Origin: Bdellovibrionota bacterium
GTDB lineage: Bacteria > Bdellovibrionota > UBA1018 > CAIPTA01 > JAALKR01
Assembly: GCA_965207455.1 (NCBI GenBank)
Contig: CBDBMJ010000001.1
Coordinates: forward strand, 192,001 to 256,000
Length of the DNA stretch: 64,000 nt
Reading direction: 5' to 3'
Below are positions 51,887 through 61,999 of the stretch, piece after piece. The notes below the pieces were generated by a model that had not been told where the DNA came from, searched no databases, and saw only the letters and a list, made by a program, of their open reading frames with translations. The stretch's first letter is position 1, and every line of letters starts with the position of its first letter. A program made the position numbers and the translations under genes.

Positions 51887-52915
51887 CTAAAGGACTAGCA
51901 TGCAGTCACCGTAGGAGAGGAAGCGGTATTCCCTTTGAATAGCTTCGTCATAGGCTTTCCATAGCAGATCCTCTCCAAGGATGGCAGCCAGTAGGACAAT
52001 AAGGCTGGACTTGGGTTGGTGAAAATTTGTAAGAAGGCCATCTATGGCAAGAAAATCCGATCCAGGGCGAAGGAAAATATCTGTTATACCATCCTGTTGC
52101 TTGCGAGCAGCACTTTCTAGGGCACGAACCGTTGTTGTGCCTACAGCGATTCGCCTTCCTCCATTTTTTTTCACAGCATTCATTTTCAATTGCACAGAAC
52201 GGGGAACGGAAAAATATTCCTCATGCATTTTATGATCTTCTATTGTTTGTGTTTGTATGGGTTGGAATGTTCCATATCCCACATGGAGGGTAATATAGTC
52301 TAGCTGTGTGCCTTTATTTTTTAAGGATTTTAGCATTTCTTCGTTAAAGTGGAGTCCTGCGGTGGGGGCAGCAACGGATCCCGGTATTTTTGCGTAAGTG
52401 GTTTGGTAGCGTTTAGTGTCTTGGGCTTCATCTTTGCGTTCAATATATGGTGGTAGGGGAACATGACCAACCTGTTCTAACTCTTGCTTGAGGTTTGTTT
52501 TTGCTTCAAATGCCACTTGAAAAATACCTTCTTTTTTTCCTCGTCCTACCACGCGAGCAGTAATGTTCTCACCGATGGAGAATTCTAAATTTTCTTTTCT
52601 TGCAGAACTTTTTATTAAGCAGGGGCTAATATTATTATCTGACGGTGACTCTAATAAAAAGCATTCCACTCGCCCTCCCGATGGGCGCACACCCAGCAGA
52701 CGTGCCTTAAACACTTTGCTATTATTCAGTACCATCATATCTTTACTGCAGACCCATTTTGGTAGGTCGGAGAACAACTCATGGTAGATTTTTTTTTCTT
52801 TTCTTTGAACAACGAGCATTCTGGAGGCATTGCGATCGGCCAAAGGGTATTGGGCAATAAGCTTTTTGGGCAGGTTATAGTTGAAGTTATTGAGTTCCAT
52901 TGCTTGTTTTTCCAT
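51887..52915 (-). CDS. queA: S-adenosylmethionine:tRNA ribosyltransferase-isomerase (start may be 52900)
   Basis: LIAQYP, PLPPYI, YQTTYA..PGSVAAPTAGLHF, TNFH.P.S, YRFLSYGD. Confidence 0.97.
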   Translation of the reverse strand: MEKQAMELNNFNYNLPKKLIAQYPLADRNASRMLVVQRKEKKIYHELFSDLPKWVCSKDMMVLNNSKVFKARLLGVRPSGGRVECFLLESPSDNNISPCLIKSSARKENLEFSIGENITARVVGRGKKEGIFQVAFEAKTNLKQELEQVGHVPLPPYIERKDEAQDTKRYQTTYAKIPGSVAAPTAGLHFNEEMLKSLKNKGTQLDYITLHVGYGTFQPIQTQTIEDHKMHEEYFSVPRSVQLKMNAVKKNGGRRIAVGTTTVRALESAARKQQDGITDIFLRPGSDFLAIDGLLTNFHQPKSSLIVLLAAILGEDLLWKAYDEAIQREYRFLSYGDCMLVL

Positions 52916-53624
52916 AATGGTTCATCACACGATGCATACGTTGTAGGATTTCCCACTGTATACGGCTTCTATCATGGTTTTTCGCCCAGTTATAGTGGAA
53001 GCCCCGGTTGGTTGAATTTCGTTTTTTGTGACCAAAACTTATGCCCAAGTGGGACCAGCGGGTAGCGGTATCGGCAAACCATTCGTTTAGCTCTTTGTTT
53101 TTCAGGAGGGCTATTTTATCCAGAAGCTTGTCTCCTAGAAATCGCTTGAGAGTAAAAAGGGAATGTTTTCGAAGGCTTTTTTTCAAAAATGGTATGCGAT
53201 CAAACGTTTTGTTATTTTCCAGCATATTCACTTCGGTAGCAAAAAAGTCTAATGCCTTTGTGCTCGTTATATTTCTGTTATTTTCCATGTCCACATAGTG
53301 GGTGGATTGAATGAGTCCTCGGTAAACGCCCTCTAGGCTAGCACCTTGATTCAATACATTTATCCAAGAGATATACGATTTGGGATCCTTTAATTTTCGA
53401 TTATAGATCTGTTCATACATTTCTAGCAGGAATAGGCGGTGGAGGTTTTTTTGTTGCTTGGGGGAGAGAGCAACGAGGGGAGGCTGTTGTTTTATTTCTG
53501 TTGGTATTTCTTTGGGGGTACAGGCCGAAAGAAGAAAAGAAAGAAGAATGGAAAGAGGAATAGAGTGAGAGGGGAGGGTTAGGTGCTGTTGTTGTGAGTG
53601 GCGTTGGATGGGAGGGGAGAGCAC
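52887..53624 (-). CDS. Hypothetical lipoprotein (start uncertain)
   Basis: Lipobox LSAC; WINVLNQGASLEGVYRGL. Confidence 0.65.
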   Translation of the reverse strand: MLSPPIQRHSQQQHLTLPSHSIPLSILLSFLLSACTPKEIPTEIKQQPPLVALSPKQQKNLHRLFLLEMYEQIYNRKLKDPKSYISWINVLNQGASLEGVYRGLIQSTHYVDMENNRNITSTKALDFFATEVNMLENNKTFDRIPFLKKSLRKHSLFTLKRFLGDKLLDKIALLKNKELNEWFADTATRWSHLGISFGHKKRNSTNRGFHYNWAKNHDRSRIQWEILQRMHRVMNHYGKTSNGTQ

Positions 53625-53661
53625 TAGATTTTTAGTTCAACTTGGGGGGTTCAACCGCAGG

Positions 53662-53687
53662 GTTGTTCAACCTGAAGGTTGAACAAC
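53662..53687. terminator. Perfect hairpin at the end of the alpha operon
   Basis: GTTGTTCAACCT-GA-AGGTTGAACAAC overlapping the rplQ stop; no clear U-tract. Confidence 0.45.
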
Positions 53688-54155
53688 TGGTTTGCTTTTT
53701 TTAGGAGTGCTTCCTGATTGCATTGCTTGTCGATCGAGTTCTTTGTTGTTTCTTTGTTCTTCGGTGAGCTTTTTCTTTTTGGGAGGAGGTAATTTATAGT
53801 CTACAAATTCAATAATGGCCATTTTAGCACTATCGCCATAGCGGGGGGCAGTTTTACGAAGGATGCGTGTATACCCTCCATTGCGTGTTTTAAATCTTGG
53901 ACCAAAGTCCTCAAAGAGTTTTTTCACCAGTGTTTTATCTTTGATTTTACTGTAGACCAATCGCCGTGCATGGAGGCTGTCCGTATTTTTCCCCTTTGTT
54001 ACCAAACGTTCCACTATACGTCGAAGATCCTTGGCTTTGTGTAGCGTGGTTTCGATACGTTCATGGAGCAATAGGCTGGCTGCCATATTGGTAAACATGG
54101 CCATCCTATGGTCTGTTCTGCGTCCAAATTTTCTACGGTCTACCTTATGTCTCAT
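53667..54155 (-). CDS. rplQ: 50S ribosomal protein L17 (C-terminal extension)
   Basis: MRHK...HR.AMF.NM, RNGGYTRI. Confidence 0.97.
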   Translation of the reverse strand: MRHKVDRRKFGRRTDHRMAMFTNMAASLLLHERIETTLHKAKDLRRIVERLVTKGKNTDSLHARRLVYSKIKDKTLVKKLFEDFGPRFKTRNGGYTRILRKTAPRYGDSAKMAIIEFVDYKLPPPKKKKLTEEQRNNKELDRQAMQSGSTPKKSKPVVQPSG

Positions 54156-54164
54156 AATAACTTT

Positions 54165-55511
54165 CTATTCTTCGTCCAATCCGCCACCAGAGGGAGAGTG
54201 ATTATTACCCGTGGGGTTGGTGGTCTCTTCCTCTTGCTTAGGTTCATTGTCGTTATTGTTATCGTTGTTATTTTCACTGTCAGGGGAACTGTCTGCTGGG
54301 GCACTGTCTGCTGGGGCACTGTCTGCTGGGGCACTGTCTGGAGCACTTTCTGGGGTGCTGTCAGGGGTAGTGCTGTCAGGGGTAGTGCTGTCAGGGGTAC
54401 TACTGTCAGGAGCAGCACTACTGTCAGGGCTATTGAAACCGTCATGGCTATTATGGAGAAGGTTATTGCTGCCTTCGTCACTGGTAGGTGTTGATGGCTC
54501 TTGGGGTTTTAACTCTTCAACGGGGGGTTGGAATCCAGTGAGTTTCATTCCCAGGTGAAGTTCCATTTTTGTGAGCATCTCTTTAATTTCGTTGAGTGAT
54601 TTACGTCCAAAGTTTTTCGTACGTAACATCTCCCCTTCACTTCGTTGTACCAATTGATAAATATGTTGAATGTCTGCGTTCTGTAGGCAATTTGCACTTC
54701 GTACGGAGAGTTCCAGCTCTTCCACTGGCCTATATAGATTCGCACTCCATGTTTTTTGCTTTTTACTCTCAGGCTCTTTTACGGGTTCCTCTTCCTCTTC
54801 GAAGTTTAGAAATACGGTCATTTGATCCCGTATGATTTTAGAGCTTAGGGCTACTGCATCTTCCGGACTTACACTTCCATCTGTCCAGACTTCCATTTGT
54901 AATTTATCGTAGTCAGTACGTTGCCCCACCCGTGCGTTGGTTACCACGTAGTTTACTTTTTGAATGGGGGAGAAGAAAGAGTCGATCACAATCCAACCAA
55001 TGGGTAGGTCTTCATTCTTATTTGCCTCTGCAGTAACAAAGCCCCGTCCTGTTTTTACAAGTAATTCCGCATGGAACTTACCGCTGTTGCCAAGGGAACA
55101 GATATATTGAGATGGGTCTAGCACTTCCAGTCGTCCACCAGTCTCAATATCCGCTGCGGTTATTATGCCGTTTTCTTCTTTTGTTATGGTAACGGTTGCT
55201 TCTTCGGTGGAGTCCAGCATTTTTAAGCGCAGTGCTTTTATATTGAGAATTACTTCCGTTACATCTTCCAGTACATCCTGGATTTCAGTAAATTCATGTT
55301 GTACGCCCTGTAATCGGATTGCAGTTACTGCTGTTCCACGCAGTGAACCCAAGAGAACTCTGCGCAGAGAGTTTCCCAGGGTAAGACCGTATCCTCTCTC
55401 TAGGGGGCGAGCCGTAAATTTTCCATACATTTCGGAAAAAGAATTTTTGTCCACTTCCAGTACGGCTGGTTTAATTAGGGTGCGCCAATTTTTTTGCATA
55501 TTTGGTATCAT
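54165..55511 (-). CDS. rpoA: RNA polymerase alpha subunit with long low-complexity tail
   Basis: PLERGYGLTLGNSLRRVLL, LELSVRSANCL, KNFGRKSLNEIK. Confidence 0.98.
   Translation of the reverse strand: MIPNMQKNWRTLIKPAVLEVDKNSFSEMYGKFTARPLERGYGLTLGNSLRRVLLGSLRGTAVTAIRLQGVQHEFTEIQDVLEDVTEVILNIKALRLKMLDSTEEATVTITKEENGIITAADIETGGRLEVLDPSQYICSLGNSGKFHAELLVKTGRGFVTAEANKNEDLPIGWIVIDSFFSPIQKVNYVVTNARVGQRTDYDKLQMEVWTDGSVSPEDAVALSSKIIRDQMTVFLNFEEEEEPVKEPESKKQKTWSANLYRPVEELELSVRSANCLQNADIQHIYQLVQRSEGEMLRTKNFGRKSLNEIKEMLTKMELHLGMKLTGFQPPVEELKPQEPSTPTSDEGSNNLLHNSHDGFNSPDSSAAPDSSTPDSTTPDSTTPDSTPESAPDSAPADSAPADSAPADSSPDSENNNDNNNDNEPKQEEETTNPTGNNHSPSGGGLDEE
54286..54430. repeat. 15-bp tandem repeats in the rpoA tail (PDSTT and PADSA)
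   Basis: actgtctgctggggc x3; gtgctgtcaggggta about x3. Confidence 0.9.
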
Positions 55512-55589
55512 TAACTTCCTCCACTTTCCTTTATTTATTGTCGTTTATCGTTAATATAAAAAATCTTCCTACTCTTATTTTTACGCTCA

Positions 55590-56216
55590 TTACTTGGAGT
55601 ACAACTCCACTACTAAGCGCTCCTCAATGGGCAATGTAATATCCTCACGACTTGGAAGATCCTTTACGGTTCCTTTAAAATTACTATGATCTACTTCTAG
55701 CCAGCCGGGTAACTCCCTTGATTTTGCATTCTCTATGGATGCCTGAACCTGCACTTGTTTTTGGCTCTTTTTTCGTAGGGAAATTACATCGTCTTTTTTC
55801 ACTTGAAAAGACGGGATATTTACGGAGCGAGTGTTCACTTCCACAAGCCCATGGCTAACCATCATGCGGGCTTGGCTTCGGCTGGAGGCAAACCCACAGC
55901 GATAGAGAGCATTGTCCAGACGACACTCTAAGAAGGTTAGGAGATTCATACCTGTGATGCCTTTTTTCTTCTCTGCGCGTACAAAGTAGCTGTGGAATTG
56001 TTTTTCCATAAGACCGTAGATGCGCTTTAGCTTTTGTTTTTCTCGAAGCTGTATGGCGTATCCAGAAAATTTAATTCGTCCGTGACCGTGGACTCCTGGT
56101 GGGTAGGCACGGCGTTCAAAAGCGCATTTTTCCGTCATGCAACGCTCGCCCTTTAGAAAAAGTTTTTGGTTCTCTCGCCTACAAATACGACAAACAGAAT
56201 CTCGATAACGTGCCAT
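55590..56216 (-). CDS. rpsD: 30S ribosomal protein S4 (Cys/Zn type)
   Basis: MARY...CRICRRE, QLREKQK, LECRLDN, VELYSK. Confidence 0.98.
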   Translation of the reverse strand: MARYRDSVCRICRRENQKLFLKGERCMTEKCAFERRAYPPGVHGHGRIKFSGYAIQLREKQKLKRIYGLMEKQFHSYFVRAEKKKGITGMNLLTFLECRLDNALYRCGFASSRSQARMMVSHGLVEVNTRSVNIPSFQVKKDDVISLRKKSQKQVQVQASIENAKSRELPGWLEVDHSNFKGTVKDLPSREDITLPIEERLVVELYSK

Positions 56217-56226
56217 AAAATTTCTC

Positions 56227-56622
56227 CTATACTCTTCGTCGTTTCGGTGGACGACAGCCGTTGTGTGGCATTGGTGTTGTGTCTTGAATTTGGGTTACTC
56301 GAACGCCTGCTGAGGAGATGGCTCGTACAGCGGACTCTCTTCCTGCTCCCGGCCCTCGTACTTCCACGGAGGCTGTTCGTAGGCCATGTTCCATGGCTTT
56401 TCGTATAGCGTCTTCTGCGGCCATTTGTGCTGCAAAAGGGGTGTTTTTACGGCTTCCACGGAAGCCTTTGAGACCTGCACTGGACCAAGCTATTACATTT
56501 CCCTGAGTGTCGGTTACGGTAACTAGGGTGTTATTAAAAGTGGAGGATATGCAAACGACCCCATTAGGAATATTCTTCTTTTTTTGTTTGCGCTTGGGTT
56601 TGCCTTTTGTTGCTTCAGCCAT
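56227..56622 (-). CDS. rpsK: 30S ribosomal protein S11
   Basis: [28 protein letters not shown]. Confidence 0.98.
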   Translation of the reverse strand: MAEATKGKPKRKQKKKNIPNGVVCISSTFNNTLVTVTDTQGNVIAWSSAGLKGFRGSRKNTPFAAQMAAEDAIRKAMEHGLRTASVEVRGPGAGRESAVRAISSAGVRVTQIQDTTPMPHNGCRPPKRRRV

Positions 56623-56632
56623 ATTTTTCCCT

Positions 56633-57019
56633 TTATTTCAGCGACTTCACAGATTTTTTACCTGCGATAGCAACGGATTTTCCTTTTCGCGTGCGTGCAT
56701 TACAGCGCGTTCTTTGTCCCCTAGCAGGGAGTTTCTTTTTGTGACGCATTCCCCGGTAGGAACTCAAATCCACTAAGCGCTTAATATTTTGGCTCAATTC
56801 TCGCCTCAGATCCCCTTCCACCTTGAGACCACTGCGGTCTATGGTGGAGCGAATTTGGGCTATGTCATCGTCCAGTAAGTCATCGGATTTCTTGTCCAGC
56901 GGTATGTTTGCCATTTTTAGTAGGAGTCTGGAACTGGTTAAGCCGATGCCATAGATAGCGGTGAGGGCATACTCCATTCGTTTATTTCTGGGTAAGTCTA
57001 CGCCTTGAATTCTTGCCAT
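56633..57019 (-). CDS. rpsM: 30S ribosomal protein S13
   Basis: [29 protein letters not shown]. Confidence 0.98.
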   Translation of the reverse strand: MARIQGVDLPRNKRMEYALTAIYGIGLTSSRLLLKMANIPLDKKSDDLLDDDIAQIRSTIDRSGLKVEGDLRRELSQNIKRLVDLSSYRGMRHKKKLPARGQRTRCNARTRKGKSVAIAGKKSVKSLK

Positions 57020-57025
57020 CTACCC

Positions 57026-57142
57026 CTACCCCTGCCTTTGTTTATGTTTCGGGCTAGCTGAGCATATCACCCGAACAACACCACGGCGGCGGATTACCTT
57101 ACACTTGGAACACATTTTTTTTACGGAAGCTCTTACTTTCAT
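57026..57142 (-). CDS. rpmJ: 50S ribosomal protein L36 (below the ORF-track cutoff)
   Basis: Manual translation [38 protein letters not shown]. Confidence 0.97.
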   Translation of the reverse strand: MKVRASVKKMCSKCKVIRRRGVVRVICSASPKHKQRQG

Positions 57143-57268
57143 ATTCTCCTAAAACCCTATATTCTTTTTTTTAAAGACATAAGGAAACACATTTTCGTAT
57201 CATAAAAATAGACCTATCTTCAAGAAAATTCTATAGTTTCTTTGTATATTTTTCATTTTCTTCCTTTT

Positions 57269-57919
57269 TTATGCTCCATTCAATGCTGCACGCACTCTTT
57301 GGGCCACTTGGTCAGGCGTCCCTTTGGCAGGGATGGACTGCAAGTTGCCGTTTTTTTGGTAGTACTCTTCCACAGGGGCCGTTTCCTTTTGAAAAACCTG
57401 TAGTCGGGATTTTGCCACCTCTCTGGTATCGTCGGAGCGTTTTTTTAGGGGACTTTGACAAACATCGCAGATTCCCTTAGTTTTCGGGGGGTTGGATTCC
57501 TCGTGGAAGCTCTGGCCGCAGTCCGAGCAAACAACTCGCCCCACAATGCGTTTGACCAACTCCTCTTCGTCCACATGGAGGCTTAAAACTTTGTCTAGGG
57601 TCACATTTGTTTTTTTGAGCATTGTGTCCAGACTTTGGGCTTGGATCGTGGTGCGAGGAAAGCCGTCTAGGAGAAAGCCGTTGCTGCAGTCCGGCTCTTT
57701 GATGCGCTCACGAATGAGTTCTACCATGAGATCGTCGGGCACAAGCTGGCCTTTTTCTAAATATCCCTTGAGTTGTTTATTCAAAGCACTCTCCGACTGG
57801 GAAACCGCATTCCTTAGCATATCTCCCGTGGATATTTGGGGGATTTTATAGGTTTTTGTGAGTACTTTGGCCTGAGTGCCTTTGCCTGACCCAGGAGGAC
57901 CAAATAAAATAAGAACCAT
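57269..57919 (-). CDS. adk: Adenylate kinase
   Basis: GPPGSGKGTQ, STGDMLR, LDGFPRT, Zn lid CxxC...CxxC. Confidence 0.97.
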   Translation of the reverse strand: MVLILFGPPGSGKGTQAKVLTKTYKIPQISTGDMLRNAVSQSESALNKQLKGYLEKGQLVPDDLMVELIRERIKEPDCSNGFLLDGFPRTTIQAQSLDTMLKKTNVTLDKVLSLHVDEEELVKRIVGRVVCSDCGQSFHEESNPPKTKGICDVCQSPLKKRSDDTREVAKSRLQVFQKETAPVEEYYQKNGNLQSIPAKGTPDQVAQRVRAALNGA

Positions 57920-59217
57920 TACCTGCGACCCCTCATGCGAACATTCGATCCCATAAAGGTATCATAATGGCGACTCATAAGGTGGGATTCTACTTGAGCA
58001 ATAGTATCCATGGCCACACCCACAAGTATGAGTACGCTGGTACCTCCAATATAAAAGGGCACGTTCATGGTATCTCCCAGTATTGCGGGCAGAATACAAA
58101 CTATGGATAGGTAAACAGCACCCACGGCGGTCACCCGGGAAAGAACAAAGTTGATATAGTCCATGGTTTTCGACCCGGGACGAATGCCGGGAATAAAGCC
58201 TCCATTCTTGCGTAAATTGTCGGCCACGTCCTCAGTTTTAAAGGTGATGGAGGTATAGAAGAAGCAAAAGAAAACAATGAGGGCCACGAAAATAATATTA
58301 TACATTAATCCACCAATTTGGAGGCTATCCGAGATTCTTTGCATAAACGGGGTTTGGATAATGAGGGTAAGCGTGGCAGGCATTCCAATCAGAGCAGAGG
58401 CAAAGATGGGGGGAATTACGCCAGAGGTATTGATTTTCAAAGGGAGGTGCGAGGTTTGGCCGCCGTACATTTTTCGTCCCACCATTCTTTTCGCATATTG
58501 TATGGGGATTCTCCGTTGGCCCCGTTCCACAAAAATAATGTAATAGAAGCAACCAAAGATGATAGCTCCCAGCATGGCTGCTTTGAGTAAGCTTAGCTCG
58601 CCCACTTGGTATAGGTTCCATGCACTGGATATGCCCGATGGAATGGAGGAGGCGATACCTGCGAAGATGATTAAGGAAATGCCGTTACCGATACCGCGCT
58701 CGGTGATTTGTTCTCCTAACCACATGAGGAAAACAGAGCCTGCCATTAGGGTAACCATGGTGAGAAGGCGGAAGCCCATTCCCGGATCTAGGACCACAGC
58801 AGGGCTTTGCATTTGCTCCAAGCCCACGGAAATTCCATATCCTTGAACGAGGCAAAGGGCAGCGGTGGCGTAGCGAGTGTATTGGTTGATTTTGCGTTGT
58901 CCAGATTCACCCTCTTTTTGTAGGCTGCTCAATCTAGGAGAGGCCACGGTGAGTAGCTGAAAAATAATGGAGGCAGAGATGTAGGGCATTACACCTAAGG
59001 CTAGGATGGAGAATCTTTCCAAGGCTCCCCCTGTAAATAGGTTAAACCAACTGAAGATTGTGCCGCTTTGACGGCTAAAGAAGTCCATCAGCGCGTCGGC
59101 ATTCACGCCAGGTGTGGGAATTTGTACGCCGATTCGGTAGATCCCTAGGCAACCTAGGGTGAATAAGATTTTACGCCGTAGTTCCGGGATTTTAACGATT
59201 CCATCAACTCCGCTCAT
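57919..59217 (-). CDS. secY: Preprotein translocase SecY
   Basis: LGVMPYISASII, GIGNGISLIIF, GFIPGIRPG. Confidence 0.98.
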   Translation of the reverse strand: MSGVDGIVKIPELRRKILFTLGCLGIYRIGVQIPTPGVNADALMDFFSRQSGTIFSWFNLFTGGALERFSILALGVMPYISASIIFQLLTVASPRLSSLQKEGESGQRKINQYTRYATAALCLVQGYGISVGLEQMQSPAVVLDPGMGFRLLTMVTLMAGSVFLMWLGEQITERGIGNGISLIIFAGIASSIPSGISSAWNLYQVGELSLLKAAMLGAIIFGCFYYIIFVERGQRRIPIQYAKRMVGRKMYGGQTSHLPLKINTSGVIPPIFASALIGMPATLTLIIQTPFMQRISDSLQIGGLMYNIIFVALIVFFCFFYTSITFKTEDVADNLRKNGGFIPGIRPGSKTMDYINFVLSRVTAVGAVYLSIVCILPAILGDTMNVPFYIGGTSVLILVGVAMDTIAQVESHLMSRHYDTFMGSNVRMRGRR

Positions 59218-59659
59218 TTTTTACAACCTCTGCTTTACCGCCTGCTTTTGTAATTTTCTCTAGGGCACTTTTTGTGAATTTATGTGCATGGACGGTGAGT
59301 GTATTTTTTATTTCCCCATTTCCGAGTATCTTTAATAAATTTGATTTGCCTTTTACAAGGCGTTGTTTTTTTAAGGTCTCTAGGGAAACTTCCTTGAGAT
59401 TCATGCGATCCAGATCGCTCACATTTACCACAATATATTCTTTTCCAAATATATTGTTGAATCCTCGTTTGGGTATTCGTCGGTATAGGGGGGTTTGACC
59501 GCCCTCGTAGCCCAAGGCATGTCCACCGCTTTTTCGTGCCCACTGACCCTTGTGTCCTTTGGTGGATGTGTCTCCATGACCGCTTCCCGGTCCACGACCC
59601 AAGCGTTTCCTTTTTTGCTTAGCCCCTTTGGCTGGCTTTAAATTATTTAGCTGTAGCAT
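59204..59659 (-). CDS. rplO: 50S ribosomal protein L15
   Basis: RLGRGPGSG, KGHKGQ, EGGQTPLYRRIPKRGF. Confidence 0.98.
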   Translation of the reverse strand: MLQLNNLKPAKGAKQKRKRLGRGPGSGHGDTSTKGHKGQWARKSGGHALGYEGGQTPLYRRIPKRGFNNIFGKEYIVVNVSDLDRMNLKEVSLETLKKQRLVKGKSNLLKILGNGEIKNTLTVHAHKFTKSALEKITKAGGKAEVVKNERS

Positions 59660-59852
59660 CTTTTTCTCCTTCTCTTATCACTTCCACGAGGTGGATGACT
59701 TTTTTAATCATTCCACGTACAGCGGGAGTATTTTCCAATGTGCGTTCCTGGTTGAGTCGCCTAAAGCCAAGTCCTCGAATGGTGGCTCTTTGGTCCGGAG
59801 GACAGGAAATTGTACTATGTTTGTAGCGAATGGTAATGGTTGAATTTTTCAT
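59643..59852 (-). CDS. rpmD: 50S ribosomal protein L30
   Basis: TIRGLG...NTPAVRGMIKKV.HLV. Confidence 0.95.
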   Translation of the reverse strand: MKNSTITIRYKHSTISCPPDQRATIRGLGFRRLNQERTLENTPAVRGMIKKVIHLVEVIREGEKDATAK

Positions 59853-59878
59853 AGTTAACGTCTCCCTTTATTTTTCTT

Positions 59879-60397
59879 TTATATCACTTCTTCCACTGTT
59901 TTTCCCCGGTCGGCTGCGATTTGTTCTGAACTCCTCAGTTGCTTTAGGGCTGCTAGGGTGGCCTTTACCACATTGTGAATATTTCGACTGCGTAGGGTTT
60001 TTGTGCGTACATTTTGGTAACCAGCGGAGTCCAGGATTCCCCGAACAGTGGCGCTTGCAATTACTCCCGTACCTTCTTTTGCGGGCTTGAGTATAACGTG
60101 CCCAGCACCAAATTTCCCGATCATTTCGTGGGGAATGGTTCGTCCCGCTTCTTTAATGGGTACGTTAATGATATTCTTTTTAGCGCATTTTGCTGCTTTT
60201 TTAATGGCCTCAGGCACTTCGTTGGCTTTTCCCAGACCCACGCCTACTTTTCCATTTTGATTGCCCACAACTACGATGGCAGAGAAACTGAATCGACGAC
60301 CTCCTTTTACCACTTTAGCCACACGATTCACATAGAGAACCGTTTCTCCGTATTGTTCTCCGTCGGTCTCCACACTTTTTTTATTATTACTTAGCAT
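59879..60397 (-). CDS. rpsE: 30S ribosomal protein S5
   Basis: [27 protein letters not shown]. Confidence 0.98.
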   Translation of the reverse strand: MLSNNKKSVETDGEQYGETVLYVNRVAKVVKGGRRFSFSAIVVVGNQNGKVGVGLGKANEVPEAIKKAAKCAKKNIINVPIKEAGRTIPHEMIGKFGAGHVILKPAKEGTGVIASATVRGILDSAGYQNVRTKTLRSRNIHNVVKATLAALKQLRSSEQIAADRGKTVEEVI

Positions 60398-60411
60398 ATT
60401 ATCTTTTACTC

Positions 60412-60780
60412 CTAAAATTCCAAGCCAGACTCTTTAGCACCGTCGGCAAGAGCTTTAATTTTTCCATGATAGAGGTAGCCTCTGCGGTCGAAAAATACTT
60501 TTTTCACCGAGTTCTTTAGGGCTAGTTTTCCTAAATAAGTTCCCACAATTTTAGCACCCTCTACGGTATTTTTTGTGCCCTTTAGCTCTTTAGAAAAAGT
60601 GGAAGCGTGGGCAAGGGTTTTAGCACCATCCACAACTTGGGCGTATACGGCACGGTTGCTTCGGGTAACCACTAGGCGTAGTCGATCGCTGTCGTTTGTT
60701 TTTTTGCCTTTAATTTTTTTCTGTCGTCGCTTTCTTCTCAATTCGCGAGCAGGCTGTTTTTTACTCATTTTTTTCGACAC
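60412..60780 (-). CDS. rplR: 50S ribosomal protein L18
   Basis: [24 protein letters not shown]. Confidence 0.97.
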   Translation of the reverse strand: MSKKMSKKQPARELRRKRRQKKIKGKKTNDSDRLRLVVTRSNRAVYAQVVDGAKTLAHASTFSKELKGTKNTVEGAKIVGTYLGKLALKNSVKKVFFDRRGYLYHGKIKALADGAKESGLEF

Positions 60781-60807
60781 TATATTCTCCTCTTTACTTT
60801 CATTTTT

Positions 60808-61353
60808 TTAAGATTTTGTTCCCGCTGATTTTCCTTGCTTACGGATCACATGTTCATTTCGGTAGCGGATACCCTTTCCTTGGTAGGGTTCCACTGGGCG
60901 TAGGGATTTTATTTTTGCAGCAGTTCTACCCACTAATTCTTTATCTGCTCCCATGATATGTAGGGTTGTGTTTTTTTCCACCTTGGCAGTCAATCCTTCG
61001 GCCAGTGGAAATTGTACGGGATGGGAAAATCCCAGGGTTAGGTTAATAACGGATCCTTGAGCTTGTGCCCGGTAGCCAATGCCGTTGATTTCTAAAATTT
61101 TTGTGAATCCTTGGGACACGCCCTCTACGCAATTACTCAACAGGGTTCGGGTGAGTCCAAATAGGGCTGGGGTTTTTTTGGATACTTCGTCCACGGCAAC
61201 CACAATATTCGTATCTTTTATATCAGCCTTAATTCCTTTGGGAACGGTGTGGGACAATTTTCCCTTGGGTCCTTCAAAGTGCATGGTGGCACCCTCTGCT
61301 CGCACCTTTATTCCAGATGGTATCTTTATGGGTTGTTTTCCTATTCTCGACAT
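60808..61353 (-). CDS. rplF: 50S ribosomal protein L6
   Basis: MSRIGK, GIGYRA, EPYQGKGIRY. Confidence 0.98.
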   Translation of the reverse strand: MSRIGKQPIKIPSGIKVRAEGATMHFEGPKGKLSHTVPKGIKADIKDTNIVVAVDEVSKKTPALFGLTRTLLSNCVEGVSQGFTKILEINGIGYRAQAQGSVINLTLGFSHPVQFPLAEGLTAKVEKNTTLHIMGADKELVGRTAAKIKSLRPVEPYQGKGIRYRNEHVIRKQGKSAGTKS

Positions 61354-61384
61354 TTCTTTTCACCTTCTCTTTGTTTTTTTTGTT

Positions 61385-61780
61385 CTACCAAACTGTACAC
61401 AGCACTTCACCACCCACACGGGCTTTTCTTGCAGACTTAGTGGTCATCACTCCCCTTGGTGTGGATATAATTACGGTGCCCATATTATTTAAAGCTGTTG
61501 GAAGTTTTTCCACGCTCACATAAACTCGTTTTCCTGGGCGGCTCACCCTTTTTAAATTTCGGATTGTTTTCCTGCCTTTAACGCCAAATTTTAAGTAAAT
61601 GCGAATATTAAGCTTGTCCTCCACAGTAATGAGTCGAAAGTTCTTAATATAGCCTTCCTCCTTAAGGACTTTTGCAATATTTGCTTTTATCCGAGAGGCA
61701 GGTATTTCTAAAACTTCCTTTCCTACGCTATTTGCGTTTCGTATTCTTGTTAAAAGGTCTGCTATTGGGTCTGTCATCAT
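61385..61780 (-). CDS. rpsH: 30S ribosomal protein S8
   Basis: DPIADLLTRIRNA, GGEVLC.VW. Confidence 0.98.
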   Translation of the reverse strand: MMTDPIADLLTRIRNANSVGKEVLEIPASRIKANIAKVLKEEGYIKNFRLITVEDKLNIRIYLKFGVKGRKTIRNLKRVSRPGKRVYVSVEKLPTALNNMGTVIISTPRGVMTTKSARKARVGGEVLCTVW

Positions 61781-61796
61781 TAGTTCATTCTCCTTC

Positions 61797-61982
61797 TTAA
61801 AAGCTAGATTTTGTTACGCCAGGTAAAGCGCCTTCTAGTGCCAGTGTTCTAAAGCAAATCCTACACATATTAAACCTACGAAGGTATGCTTTTGAACGTC
61901 CACACAAGGGGCAGCGACTTTTCTCTCGTACTTTGAATTTAGGTGGCTTTCCCACTCCAACTCGTTTACATTTTTTCGACAT
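61797..61982 (-). CDS. rpsN: 30S ribosomal protein S14 (short Zn-binding type Z)
   Basis: RCPLCGR...CRICFR...LPGVTKSS. Confidence 0.96.
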   Translation of the reverse strand: MSKKCKRVGVGKPPKFKVREKSRCPLCGRSKAYLRRFNMCRICFRTLALEGALPGVTKSSF

Positions 61983-61999
61983 ATATCTTCTCTTCTCCT

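Noticed and set aside
54108..54558. Repeat-rich alternative-frame ORFs overlapping rpoA
   Set aside because: By-products of the stop-free 15-bp repeats in the rpoA tail.
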